Assembly (NCBI GenBank): GCA_002269645.1
Contig: NIVC01003695.1
Location: 1 to 45,550 of the forward strand
Source: Macrostomum lignano
Lineage: Eukaryota
DNA length: 45,550 bases
Direction of reading: 5' to 3'
How positions within the stretch are numbered: position 1 is the stretch's first letter; the number at the start of each line of letters is the position of its first letter. Below the pieces are notes generated by a model, which saw only the letters and a program-made list of their open reading frames with translations, was not told the DNA's origin and did no database searches. The position numbers and the translations under genes are program-made. Shown piece after piece: positions 22,850 through 34,066 of the stretch.

Positions 22850-25800
22850 CGCTGCCTGTCCTCTGATGGCAAGGTCAAAGGTCACGTGATCGGCATCGAC
22901 CTGGGCACCACCAACTCGTGCGTGGCGGTGATGGAGGGCAAGCAGGCCAAGGTGCTGGAGAACGCCGAGGGCGCCCGCACGACGCCCTCCGTGGTGGCTT
23001 TCACTAGCAGCGGCGAGCGGCTGGTGGGCGCCCCGGCCAAGCGGCAGGCCGTCACGAACTCGCAGAACACGCTGTCAGCCACCAAGCGGCTCATCGGTCG
23101 CCGATTCGAAGACGCCGAGGTGCAGAAGGACATCAAGAATGTCAGCTTCAAGATTGTGCGCGCCTCCAACGGTGACGCGTGGCTTGAGGCCCAGGGCAAG
23201 GCCTACAGCCCCAGCCAGATTGGCGCGTTCGTGCTCATCAAGATGAAGGAGACTGCCGGTGAGTCATCACTGCTTTGGCCTAAAATCTTAACCTAGACTA
23301 GAGAGCATCAGCAGTAGCATTGGGCAGGCATAATTAGGAGTGCAATTTTTCAGAGCAGACTTCTTAAGTTCTTTCTCTTCCAATCCGAGAGCTTCAGTTG
23401 TCCTTGACCATATACTCCACTTGCCGCACGCTAAGGATGACAGCTAACTTACACGTACTTGCGACGCCATAGATTTGCATATCGTTGGCGAATGACGCAA
23501 GTTGAACTCTCTCACTGAGGCTGTGCAGACCCTGTCTAGGCAGCTCAGCTTTCATCCCTAAGATTTATTATTTTCTAAAGCCGGCAGTCTTGCTGTCATT
23601 CGCATTGCAGAAAGCTATCTCGGCACCTCGGTGAAGAACGCTGTGATCACCGTGCCAGCCTACTTTAATGATTCTCAGCGCCAGGTAAGTCTATCAGTAA
23701 TTTTGCTCTCCATACTACTTGCAGCCGTATAATCAAATATGATGCTTTCATATTTTTCGTCGCTCAGGCCACAGACTGGCCAATGATGAACTAACCATTG
23801 TGACTGATGCCCATCCACCAGCCCCTGTACAGCGCTGCACTGCCTTGCACCACGGCTTGCGTGTGCATCTCCCCGCCCCCTCACCATCCACCGCCAGGCC
23901 ACGAAGGACGCCGGCCAGATCGCCGGCCTGAACTGCCTGCGCGTCATCAACGAGCCCACAGCTGCCGCGCTGGCCTACGGCATGGACAAAACCGAGGACA
24001 AAATCATCGCCGTGTACGACCTGGGCGGCGGCACCTTCGACATTTCCATTCTGGAGATTCAGAAGGGCGTGTTCGAAGTCAAGTCCACCAACGGCGACAC
24101 CTTCTTGGGCGGCGAGGATTTCGACAACGCCCTGTTGCGCTTCTTGTCGGCTGAATTCAAGCGCGATGTGAGTTGGAAGTTCTCGAGCTCTTCATCAGCG
24201 TGTTCTCTTAGCACAGGGAACAGCCAGCCTTCGCTGCCACAATAAGTTTCAGCTTCATGTGCAACATCTGAGGCTCTGAAGTTGATGTGTTGACAGTTTA
24301 GTGCTAAAAAATAAAAACTTCCAATCTCTTCAAATTCTTTAGAACACAAGTGCTGCGTCCTGAAACAGCAGTAACTCGTGTGACTTCTAGTTGGCCCTTC
24401 GCCCTTGTTTTAGTGCCTGTAACAGATTGGTTTAGAAGCATTTGATCCCTCAATATCGCTGACTTCCGATAGTAATTGTTGAGTCGCAAATTTCATTCAC
24501 CCGCGCTTCTGCTTTCGTGTTAATTAATCAAGTAACTGTTTCAGTGGGACTGTTCATCTTGGCAACGAGTCCACATAGCAACTGTATCGCTTTCTTAGAA
24601 ACCGGCAGCCAACAGGCAGAAGTCCACATAGCAACTGTATAGCTTTCTTAGAAACCGGCAGCCAACAGGCAGAAGTCCACATAGCAACTGTATAGCTTTC
24701 TTAGAAACCGGCAGCCAATGGGCAGAAGTCCACATAGCAACTGTATAGCTTTCTTAGAAACCGGCAGCCAATGAGCAGAAGTCCACATAGCAACTGTATA
24801 GCTTTCTTAGAAACCGGCAGCCAATGAGCAGAAGTCCACATAGCAACTGTATAGCTTTCTTAGAAACCGGCAGCCAATGAGCAGAAGTCCACATAGCAAC
24901 TGTATAGCTTTCTTAGAAACCGGCAGCCAATGAGCAGAAGTCCACATAGCAACTGTATAGCTTTCTTAGAAACCGGCAGCCAATGAGCAGAAGTCCACAT
25001 AGCAACTGTATAGCTTTCTTAGAAACCGGCAGCCAATGAGCAGAAGTCCACATAGCAACTGTATAGCTTTCTTAGAAACCGGCAGCCAATGGGCAGAAGT
25101 CCACATAGCAACTGTATAGCTTTCTTAGAAACCGGCAGCCAATGAGCAGAAGTCCACATAGAAACTGTATAGCTTTCTTAGAAACCGGCAGCCAATGAGC
25201 AGAAGTCCACATAGCAACTGTATAGATTTCTTAGAAACCGGCAGCCAATGAGCAGAAGTCCACATAGCAACTGTATAGCTTTCTTAGAAACCGGCAGCCA
25301 ATGAGCAGAAGTCCACATAGCAACTGTATAGATTTCTTAGAAACCGGCAGCCAATGAGCAGAAGTCCACATAGCAACTGTATAGCTTTCTTAGAAACCGG
25401 CAGCCAATGAGCAGAAGTGATGTTATCAATACATTTTTCGTCGCTCAGGCAGGAAGCCAAAAAAAATCTTGGCTTTCGGTCAGTGATGAGCAACATCTGC
25501 GCTGATCTGCTTGTCCAGCTGCCGTCCTATCCATATCCATATTTGCATTTGTATGCATGATAACAGTTAATTCTCAAGTCCGAGACAGTCTGTGCGGACA
25601 AGCAATTTGATGAACTCTCTCTCTGAACTTGTTCTTTTATAATTTAGCTAATTTTGCCTCCTAACTATATTGCCTAGTTGCTAAGGAACCCCGAACTCCT
25701 TCCCAGACCGGCATCGACATCACCAAGGACAACATGGCCCTGCAGCGGCTGCGCGAGGCGGCCGAGAAGGCCAAGATTGAGCTGTCTTCGTCGCTGCAGA

Positions 25801-27680
25801 CCGACATCAACCTGCCCTACCTCACCATGGACGCCAGCGGCCCGAAGCACATGAACCTCAAGCTCTCCCGCTCCAAGTTCGAGAGCCTGGTTGACGACCT
25901 GATCAAGCGGACGGTGGCGCCCTGCGAGAAGGCCATGAAGGACGCCGAGGTGAAGAAGTCCGACATCGGCGACGTGCTGCTGGTGGGCGGCATGACCCGC
26001 ATGCCGAAGGTGCAGTCCACCGTGCAGGACATGTTTGGCCGCCAGCCAAGCAAGTCTGTCAACCCGGATGAGGCTGTGGCCATTGGAGCCGCTATTCAGG
26101 TGCGCAGATTTGCGGCAGAATCCCCCTATGGCAATACACTGACATCCGTGATGACAATACACAACCTGAATAAAGCCACCCTTTATTCTGCTGTAATCTT
26201 TGAACTCTCTCACTGAGGATGTGCCTTCTTCAGCAATCCCTCATTGCTTATTAATTAGCAGTCCGCCTGACTGAGCCTTTGCCCAAACCTTCGTCTCTGC
26301 AGGGCGGCGTTCTCGCTGGCGACGTGACCGACGTCCTGCTGCTGGACGTGACGCCCCTGTCGCTGGGCATCGAGACCCTCGGCGGCGTCTTCACCCGCTT
26401 GATCGGCCGCAACACCACCATCCCGACCAAGAAGTCGCAGGTGTTCTCCACCGCCGCTGACGGCCAGACCCAGGTCGAGATCAAGGTGCACCAGGGCGAG
26501 CGGGAGATGGCCGCCGACAACAAACTGCTGGGCCAGTTCAGCCTTGTGGGCATCCCGCCCGCCCCGCGCGGAGTGCCGCAGATCGAGGTGAGTTTATTTT
26601 CTTTGACTAGAGTTCTCACCCTGACTCCATCAGATCCTCCACCTCTCACCCTGAGTCCATCAGATCCTCCACCTCTCACTCTGACTCCATCAGATCCTCC
26701 ACCTCTCACCCTGACTCCATCAGATCCTCCACCTCACCCTGACTCCATCAGATCCTCCACCTCTCACCCTGACTCCATCAGATCCTCCATCTCTCACCCT
26801 GACTCCATCAGATCCTCCACCTCTCACTCTGACTCCATCAGATCCTCCACCTCTCACCCTGACTCCATCAGATCCTCCACCTCTCACCCTGACTCCATCA
26901 GATCCTCCACCTCTCACCCTGACTCCATCAGATCCTCCACCTCTCACTCTGACTCCATCAGATCCTCCACCTCTCACCCTGACTCCATCAGATCATACAC
27001 CTTTCACCTGAGTCTGAAACCCATCTCTCACCTGAGTCTCAGACCCATCTCTCACCTGAGTCTGAGAGTCTCAGACCCATCTCCCACCTGAGTCTGAGAG
27101 TCTCAGACCCATCTCTCACCTGAGTCTGAACCCCACTCCCGCCCAGGTGATTTTCGACATCGACGCTAACGGCATCGTGAACGTGTCGGCCCGGGACAAG
27201 GGCACCGGCCGGGAGCAGCAGATCGTCATCCAGTCCAGCGGCGGGCTCAGCAAGGACGAGATCGAGAACATGGTGCGCAACGCCGAGCAGTACGCCGCGG
27301 CCGACAAGGAGCGCCGCGAGACCGTAGAGGTGGTGAACCAGGCCGAGGGCATCATCCACGACACCGAGACCAAGATGGAGGAGTTCCGCAGCCAGCTGCC
27401 GCAGGAGGAGTACAACAAGCTCAAGGAGCTCATCGACGGCCTGCGCAATCGGCTGGCGAACAAAGACCAGGAGACCTCGGCCAGCATCAAGACTGCCACC
27501 AACGAGCTGCAGCAGGCCAGCCTGAAGCTGTTCGAAATGGCCTACAAGAAGATGGCCAGCGAGCGGGAGGGCGGCAGCGGCCAGCAGCAGCAGGAGCAAC
27601 AGCAGCAGGAGCAGAAAGAGGGCGGCAGCGACTCGTCTAGCAGCAGCTCGTCTGACGGCGGTCGCAAGGAGAGCAACTGA
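22850..27680 (+). CDS. HSPA9: Mitochondrial Hsp70 (mortalin), first exon not located
   Basis: Exons 22850-23258 ([31 protein letters not shown]), 23611-23684 ([12 protein letters not shown]), 23898-24167 ([13 protein letters not shown]), 25707-26099 ([28 protein letters not shown]), 26303-26587, 27147-27680. Phases are consistent, giving 654 codons plus stop with no frameshift. [23 protein letters not shown] and the lack of EEVD/KDEL indicate the mitochondrial paralog. Confidence 0.96.
24571..25418. repeat. 53-bp minisatellite in a mortalin intron, about 16 copies
   Basis: AGTCCACATAGCAACTGTATAGCTTTCTTAGAAACCGGCAGCCAATGAGCAGA. Confidence 0.95.
26613..27130. repeat. Compound minisatellite filling the last mortalin intron
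   Basis: 30-bp CTCACCCTGACTCCATCAGATCCTCCACCT followed by a few CTCACCTGAGTCT...CCCATCT units. Confidence 0.95.
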
Positions 27681-28472
27681 GCAGCGAGAGCATAGCGGGG
27701 AAACTGCCCAGAGTAGTGGGAATCGAACAATTGGCTGGAGTTAGGGCTATTTTTTCACTCCTATCAGTACTGATTGAGCTGTTGCTGTGCATGCAGTACT
27801 GCAATTTATTATTGACATGATCGAATGCCATGCGTACATCTTATTGGCTGCCACTTCTGCATTGCACTGCAGTTCCCATTGTATTGTTTCTGCTACCTGT
27901 TACTAATACTACTGTCTAGTTCGCTCTGAGTTGGCTTGGTTTTTTATTAATAGTTTAATTGCATTCTCCATCAGCTTGAAACTGGCTAGAGAGTACAGGT
28001 AAACTGCAGTCCCATCTCTCTAATAATCTTCTGTTTTGCATTGCCGTAGACCGTTGCTTTTGTTTATGTGTGCACCCACCTGCAGCAAACCAGCTGTCTG
28101 TACCCCCCTGTCACCGCCCCTTTTTATTCCAGAGTCCCTGCCTATTTGTAGGGCTAGCACTGGCTTGATCTATTCACACCCCGGCTATTCGAGTTTGTGT
28201 AGTTTAGCTGCAGTCTCTGGGCGGGAATACTAGCTAGTGACAACACCTTGTTGAATTTGACCCCGCCGCCTCTGATGCTGCCTGCTCTGCTCTGTTTAAA
28301 ATCGTTTGAAATTAACAATAATAATTATTATTATTATAGCTACTCATATTTTCCAACCCGTTGTGTTGAACTCTCAAGTTGAGCAGCATTTTTGATCGAT
28401 CACCTGGCTCCGATATGCGGGGAGAAACCAGTCGCCTGCGCCTTTGGTGTTCATTTTTTATGACTCAAAAAT

Positions 28473-29686
28473 CCCCGATGGGAAAAGGGCAGCCTCTAAT
28501 TTTTACCCTAGCCTCAAACGCAGCCTCGAATGAACCTCAAAGCGGATTTTTCGAGGCTGGTTTGATGCTAGCCTCAAAAATAATCTTCAGCATTGAAAGA
28601 GATTGTATTTGATGCTGGATTCGAGGCTGGAGTAGAGGTTCAAATTAGACTCTGAAGTAGAGGCTGGATTCGAGACTGGATTAGAGGCTTTATTTGATGT
28701 TTAATTTAGAGGCTAAATTCGAGGCTGAATTTGAGGCTGGATTCGATGTTTAAGTTAGAGGCTGGATTCGATGTTTAAGTTAGAGGCTGGATTCGATGTT
28801 TAAGTTAGAGGCTGGATTCGATGTTTAAGTTAGAGGCTGGATTCGATGTTTAAGTTAGAGGATGGATTCGATGTTTAAGTTAGAGGCTGGATTCGATGTT
28901 TAAGTTAGAGGCTGGATTCGATGTTTAAGTTAGAGGCTGGATTCGATGTTTAAGTTAGAGGATGGATTCGATGTTTAAGTTAGAGGATGGATTCGATGTT
29001 TAAGTTAGAGGATGGATTCGATGTTTAAGTTAGAGGCTGGATTCGATGTTTAAGTTAGAGGATGGATTCGATGTTTAAGTTAGAGGATGGATTCGATGTT
29101 TAAGTTAGAGGATGGATTCGATGTTTAAGTTAGAGGATGGATTCGATGTTTAAGTTAGAGGATGGATTAGAGGCTGTAGAAAAGTCAATGCCCCACAGAG
29201 GCTGGATTAGAGGTCGGATTAGAGGCTGGATTAGAGGTTGGATTCGAGGCTGGAAGAGAAGCTCAAGTTGGAGGCTTAATGGTGTGTGCCTGCAGCTCTT
29301 TTGTAAATAGAGGAGCAAATATCCCTCCCAAAAAAATGTGAAGTCTGTATATACTCTGTAATCCATATGACCGATTATATGGCCTTTTAACATCTTTTTG
29401 AACAGACATTGTCTAACTGTTTAGTATTGTCTTTGAAAAAAAACTACGCCAGTCTCGAATCCATCTCCTCTAATTAAGCCTCGAACTGAGCATCAAATTG
29501 AGCGTCTAATTCAGCCTCTAACTGAGCCTCAAATCTGGGTCATTTTTAGAGGCTGTCACACGCAAGAGTCGAGCCTCTAACCTAGCCTCTAGCCTCCCAT
29601 TGGTTTAGTGTAACCAAATAAAAAATCATTAGAGGCTAGCGCTAAAAAGTGAGCCTCCAACACCCCTCCAGATTTCCCATCGGGAT
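28473..29686. mobile_element. Non-autonomous TIR element with GAGGCT/AGCCTC subterminal motifs
   Basis: Left end (AT)CCCCGATGGGAAA and right end TTTCCCATCGGG(AT). Dispersed TTAGAGGCT/AGCCTCTAA motifs lie near both ends. An internal 25-bp array is built from the same motif. Superfamily not assigned. Confidence 0.6.
28730..29165. repeat. 25-bp minisatellite, about 17 copies
   Basis: GAGG(C/A)TGGATTCGATGTTTAAGTTA. Confidence 0.95.
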
Positions 29687-29687
29687 C

Positions 29688-29990
29688 CACTGCATTAGAG
29701 CCCTCACTCACTGCATTAGAGCCCTCACCCACTGCATTAGAGCCCTCACCCACTGCATTAGAGCCCTCACCCACTGCATTAGAGCCCTCACCCACTGCAT
29801 TACAGCCCTCACCCACTGCATTACAGCCCTCACCCACTGCATTACAGCCCTCACCCACTGCATTAGAGCCATCACTCACTGCATTAGAGCCCTCATCCAC
29901 TGCATTAGAGCCCTCACCCACTGCATTAGAGCCCTCACCCACTGCATTAGAGCCATCACCCACTGCATTAGAACCCTCACCCACTGCATT
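29688..29990. repeat. 21-bp minisatellite, about 14 copies
   Basis: CACTGCATTAGAGCCCTCACC. Confidence 0.95.
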
Positions 29991-30316
29991 AAAGAAGAGC
30001 AGCTCTCACACAAGTGCCATCGGTGTAGGCGAGTGATGCAATGCTGAGGAGAGCCGCATTTTCACTCCTTATTTACACAGTTGAACTGCGCCAGCCATGC
30101 AAATATTTGCATCTTGGCTTTACCTGCATGGCTGTTGATCTCTGCTCACTAAGCAGAGCTGCACTGATATTTAAAAGGCGCGGCTGAGCTCAGAGCCGAG
30201 ATTGCGGGCTGCGATATTTGCGCACTTGACCCCCGCTCTGCCCAGTCCTTTGTGGACTCTTCAAAACCTTGTCAGGCCCCCCACGCATTCTTTAGTCGGG
30301 CCGAGAGTTTATCTGG

Positions 30317-30329
30317 GTTGCCTAGCAAC
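30317..30329 (+). promoter_or_regulatory. RFX X-box upstream of the LRR gene
   Basis: GTTGCCTAGCAAC fits GTNRCC-N0-3-RGYAAC and lies about 120 nt upstream of the ATG at 30451. Confidence 0.65.
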
Positions 30330-30450
30330 CATCAGCTAGATTAGGACTGCCGCCGCCCCAGCTGCAGAATAAATGAAAGCGATAAAAAGCAACTAAACCG
30401 GCTGGCTGCTCAGAGCTGCCGTGCTCAAGGCTTCACTCGGCACAGAATTT

Positions 30451-33069
30451 ATGGCGACTTCCTTCCGCGGCGGGCGCGGCCGGGCGCCCTCCATCGCGCC
30501 GGGCAGCAGCAGTCTGAGAATGATGATCGACACTGAGGACCCGCTGTTCCAGGGCATGAAGAAGCTGAAGATCCAGGGCAGGAATTTGACTGCTGTGCCG
30601 CCAGAGCTGTTCAACCTGTCCGAGCTGGAGGTGCTGGACATGAGTCCGGAGCGGGAGGCCTGTCTGTACTATAAGCTGGCCGATGTGCCCACTGCCATCT
30701 GTGAGTGCCGGCACACGTTAGAATATGGCCCTGTAAACACATTCGGAGTGTGGCTCTTTAACATATAATATGCTCTAAGTCTATAGATGCATGAAGTAAC
30801 CTAGCCTAAGCCTATACTACTGACAAGATTTTTATTCTTACAAGATTAGCAAAATTAAACAAGTTCAGATTTATACAGAATATGACAGGACGGCAAAGCG
30901 ACAGCTCAGCCGCAGCTATTGCGCGGCGCATCTGAACGCTGCCTACGGCTGTTCAGTCCAAGGCGTGGGGGGTCGCCACACGCCCTCAATTAACCCAGCT
31001 AATGCTGGCACCCATTTTACAGCTGGGTGAACTGACGCAATGTAAGAGTTAAGTGTCTTACTCAGAGACAAATTGTTCTAGTGGTATCGGGAATCGAATC
31101 CCCGGCCTTCAAGCCGCGAGTCCGACGCCCAAACCACAACCAAAACCTAAAACCTTTAAACACAGGAAATATGGCCCTCTAAACAAAGGGAATACGGCCC
31201 TCTAAACAAAGGGAATACGGCCCTCTGAACACAGGGAATACGGCCCTCTGAACACAGAGAATACGGCCCTCTAAACAAAGGGAATACGGCCCTCCAAACA
31301 CAGGGAATACGGCCCTCTGAACACAGGGAATACGGCCCTCCAAACACAGGGAATACGGCCCTCTGAACACAGGGAATACGGCCCTCTGAACACAGGGAAT
31401 ACGGCCCTCCAAACACAGGGAATACGGCCCTCCAAACACAGGGAATACGGCCCTCTGAACACAGGGAATACGGCCCTCTGAACACAGGGAATACGGCCCT
31501 CCAAACACAGGGAATACGGCCCTCTGAACACAGGGAATACGGCCCTCCAAACACAGGGAATACGGCCCTCCAAACACAGGGAATACGGCCCTCTGAACAC
31601 GGAATTCAGTTCTTAAAATTACAGATTTGCTCCTGAATCACTGTGGACCCATGCGCTAAGAACAGAGTGATTCGTCAATTAGTTAAGAGCACTGCCTCCC
31701 GCAGGCAAGCTGAAGAACCTCCGCATCCTTCTGCTGGACACGAACGACCTCGCCAAGGTGCCCGGCGAGATCGGCCTGCTGGAGAACCTCGAGCGCCTGG
31801 CGCTCAGCAACAACTGGTTGAGCAGCCTGCCACCTGAGATCGGCGACCTCACCCAGTTGAAGAGCATCCACCTGGCCAACAACAAGTTCGTGCACTTCCC
31901 GGCCGCTGTGCTGCGCTGCACCCAGCTGGAGTTTCTCGACATCTCCGATAACATGCTGCAGAAGGTGCCGAAGGCAATCCGTAGGCTCACCAACTTGGAG
32001 ACGCTGATGGTGTTCAGCAACCAGCTGCGGGGCTTGCCGGATGAGATCTGCGATCTGGTGAGAGGCTACGGTGGGACAGCAGCTTGGTGGCGCTAGGGCT
32101 AGGGGCTAAGGCTTGGGCTATAGGGCTAGGGCTAGGGGCTAAAGCTAGGGCTAGGGCTAGGGCTTGGGCTATAGGGCTAAGGTTAGGGCTAGGGCTAGGG
32201 CTAAGGTTAGGGCTAGGGCTATAGGGCTAGGGCTAAGGTTAGGGCTAGGGCTAGGGCTAAGGTTAGGGCTAGGGCTAAGGTTAGGGCTAGGGCAAGGACA
32301 AGGGCTAAGGCTTGTGCTATAGGGCTAAGGTTAGGGCTAGGGCTAGGGCTAAGGTTAGGGCTAGGGCTAGGGCTAAGGTTAGGGCTAGGGCTAGGGCAAG
32401 GGCAAGGGCAAGAATCGCTGAATCACTAAGAATTGTTCCTGTTTGATCGGCCCCTCTACTCAGTTTAAAATGCGCGTCGTATTTTTCCATATTTCAAGCA
32501 CACTACTTTTAGTAGAGCAGTCCGCATGAAGGCATTCAGATGGCAAAGCATCAAGAACACGCAACATCTCCCAGGTGCAACTCCGCTGCGTCTGGCTCGG
32601 CTTCAACAAGGTGGCGAATCTGCCGAAGAACTTCGGCCGCCTGAAGTTGCTGGACTGGTCCTGGCACTACACCTCGACCATCTTGAACGAGAACCCGCTG
32701 GTGCATCCGCCGCTGGAGATCTGCAAGCAGGGCGCAGACGAGATCGAGCGCTACTTCGCCATGCTGGGCAGCAGCGCCGACCGCATGCTGTACCGCCAGG
32801 AGGACGACACCGCCGAGGATCTTCAGGCCATGGGGCCGGACGCCGATGCCGTCCTGAGCTCGCGCCAGCCGGCAGCTGTCACCATGGGAACGCCTCAGTC
32901 GGGGCCATCGACTCAGCGGTCTCAGCAGCCTCAGCAGCAGGCGTCGGCGCCGCAGCAGCAGCCGCAGCAACCGATGTCGCTGGACATCAACCCGGCGGCT
33001 GTGCGGCTGCTCCGGCGGGGCTCCACCTCCGACCCCTCCTTCCTGCAGCAGCTGCAGAGCGGCAGCTAG
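30451..33069 (+). CDS. Intracellular leucine-rich-repeat protein (about 365 aa, 3 exons)
   Basis: Exons 30451-30700 (phase 1), 31705-32057, 32575-33069 splice in frame. Repeated LxxLxLxxNxLxxLPxEI units (LENLERLALSNNWLSSLPPEIGDLTQLKSIHLANNKF), a cap motif NPLVHPPLEICKQG and a Gln/Pro-rich tail. Confidence 0.9.
30897..31141 (-). mobile_element. tRNA-derived CORE-type SINE, copy 1 (LRR intron 1)
   Basis: The minus strand starts with a tRNA-like head (B-box GGATTCGATTCC), then GAGTAAGACACTTAAC...CAGTTCACCCAGCTGTAAAATGGG. Homologous to 36364-36615. Confidence 0.75.
31157..31600. repeat. 23-bp minisatellite, about 19 copies
   Basis: AACACAGGGAATACGGCCCTC(TG/CA). Confidence 0.95.
32094..32412 (+). 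repeat. Telomere-like (TAGGGC/TTAGGG/TAAGGT)n in LRR intron 2
   Basis: Tandem GGGCTA hexamers interspersed with GGTTAGGG. Confidence 0.92.
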
Positions 33070-33181
33070 GCTGGAGCTGGGGCTGGGCCTGGGCCTGGGG
33101 CTGGGGCTGGGGCTGGGGCTGGGGCTGGGCCTGGGCCTGGGGCTGGGGCTGAGGCTGAGGCTGGGGCTGGGGCTGGGGCTT
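33070..33181 (+). repeat. (GGGGCT/GGGCCT)n immediately after the LRR stop codon
   Basis: Tandem G-rich hexamers. Confidence 0.92.
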
Positions 33182-34066
33182 GGATTGAGACTGGAACTTT
33201 GGAACGATTCGAGGTCCAAGTACGAGTACTATATTAAAATATGAATTCATATTTATTGCAACTTGCGAGCTACTCAAGCATCAACTCAGCTGTTTCAAAC
33301 TGAAAATGATTGACTCTCGTCTCCGATGTACCTGTAGAAAAGAGCTTCAACAATATACTGTTTATATTCAGAGCCACTCTCAAGCGATATTTTTTTACTC
33401 TTTCTTTGCTCGAATAAAAACTAAAGTCTGTCTTATCCTTGCAATTAGGACAGACCCAACTGTGGCCTGCTTTCCTGAAGTGTTCAAGCTATTTACTTAT
33501 AGATCAGAGGCAGGGGCTGTGTGCACTCCCTTTAGCGCGCGGATGCGTACGCAGTCATACGCACAGGCACACAGTGGCACAGGAGTGTACAGCAGCTCTA
33601 ACTTTCTAAGTCCATTATTTGCACGAGCAGACCCCACGCCGAAATTCTAATTTAGCCCCAGATTAATGTGACTGCACTGCCATTGGGCTATGGCTCCCCT
33701 GCTGACGCGTTAATTCTAATATTTCATGTAAACTTAAAAAAGGCTTGTACGAGCTGTGTTTTACAGTGCATATTTATCAAACTTTCGTAAAACTTTTGTA
33801 AAGAACTGCAGCAGGCCAGCAGACACGTCATGGCTGTTTTTAGCCACATGCAGTAAACAAGCGTGTCTGCCACAGAAATATGCTTCGCTGCACAATGGCG
33901 CCACCTTATACTGCCTTGTCGCTTGAAGCGCGCAGAGTTCGAATGTACTCAGCCCGAACTCCAGAAAGAGCTGTCTGTCTGTCTGGGCGCAGAAACTGTA
34001 TTTAAATATGCTGGCTAGGGAATTCCTTTTTTAGCAAAGTGGGGCGATCCGGAAGCCTGGCCCGTT

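Noticed and set aside
2703-25418. CRISPR-like regular repeats (45-, 49-, 53-bp arrays)
   Set aside because: Head-to-tail units with no unique spacers, no cas genes and a eukaryotic intron context.
22850-27680. Bacterial DnaK or contamination
   Set aside because: Five spliceosomal introns with consistent phases. The DnaK similarity is expected for mitochondrial Hsp70.
31080-31141. tRNA gene (also 36550-36615)
   Set aside because: The tRNA-like heads are attached to a shared SINE body and have degenerate boxes.
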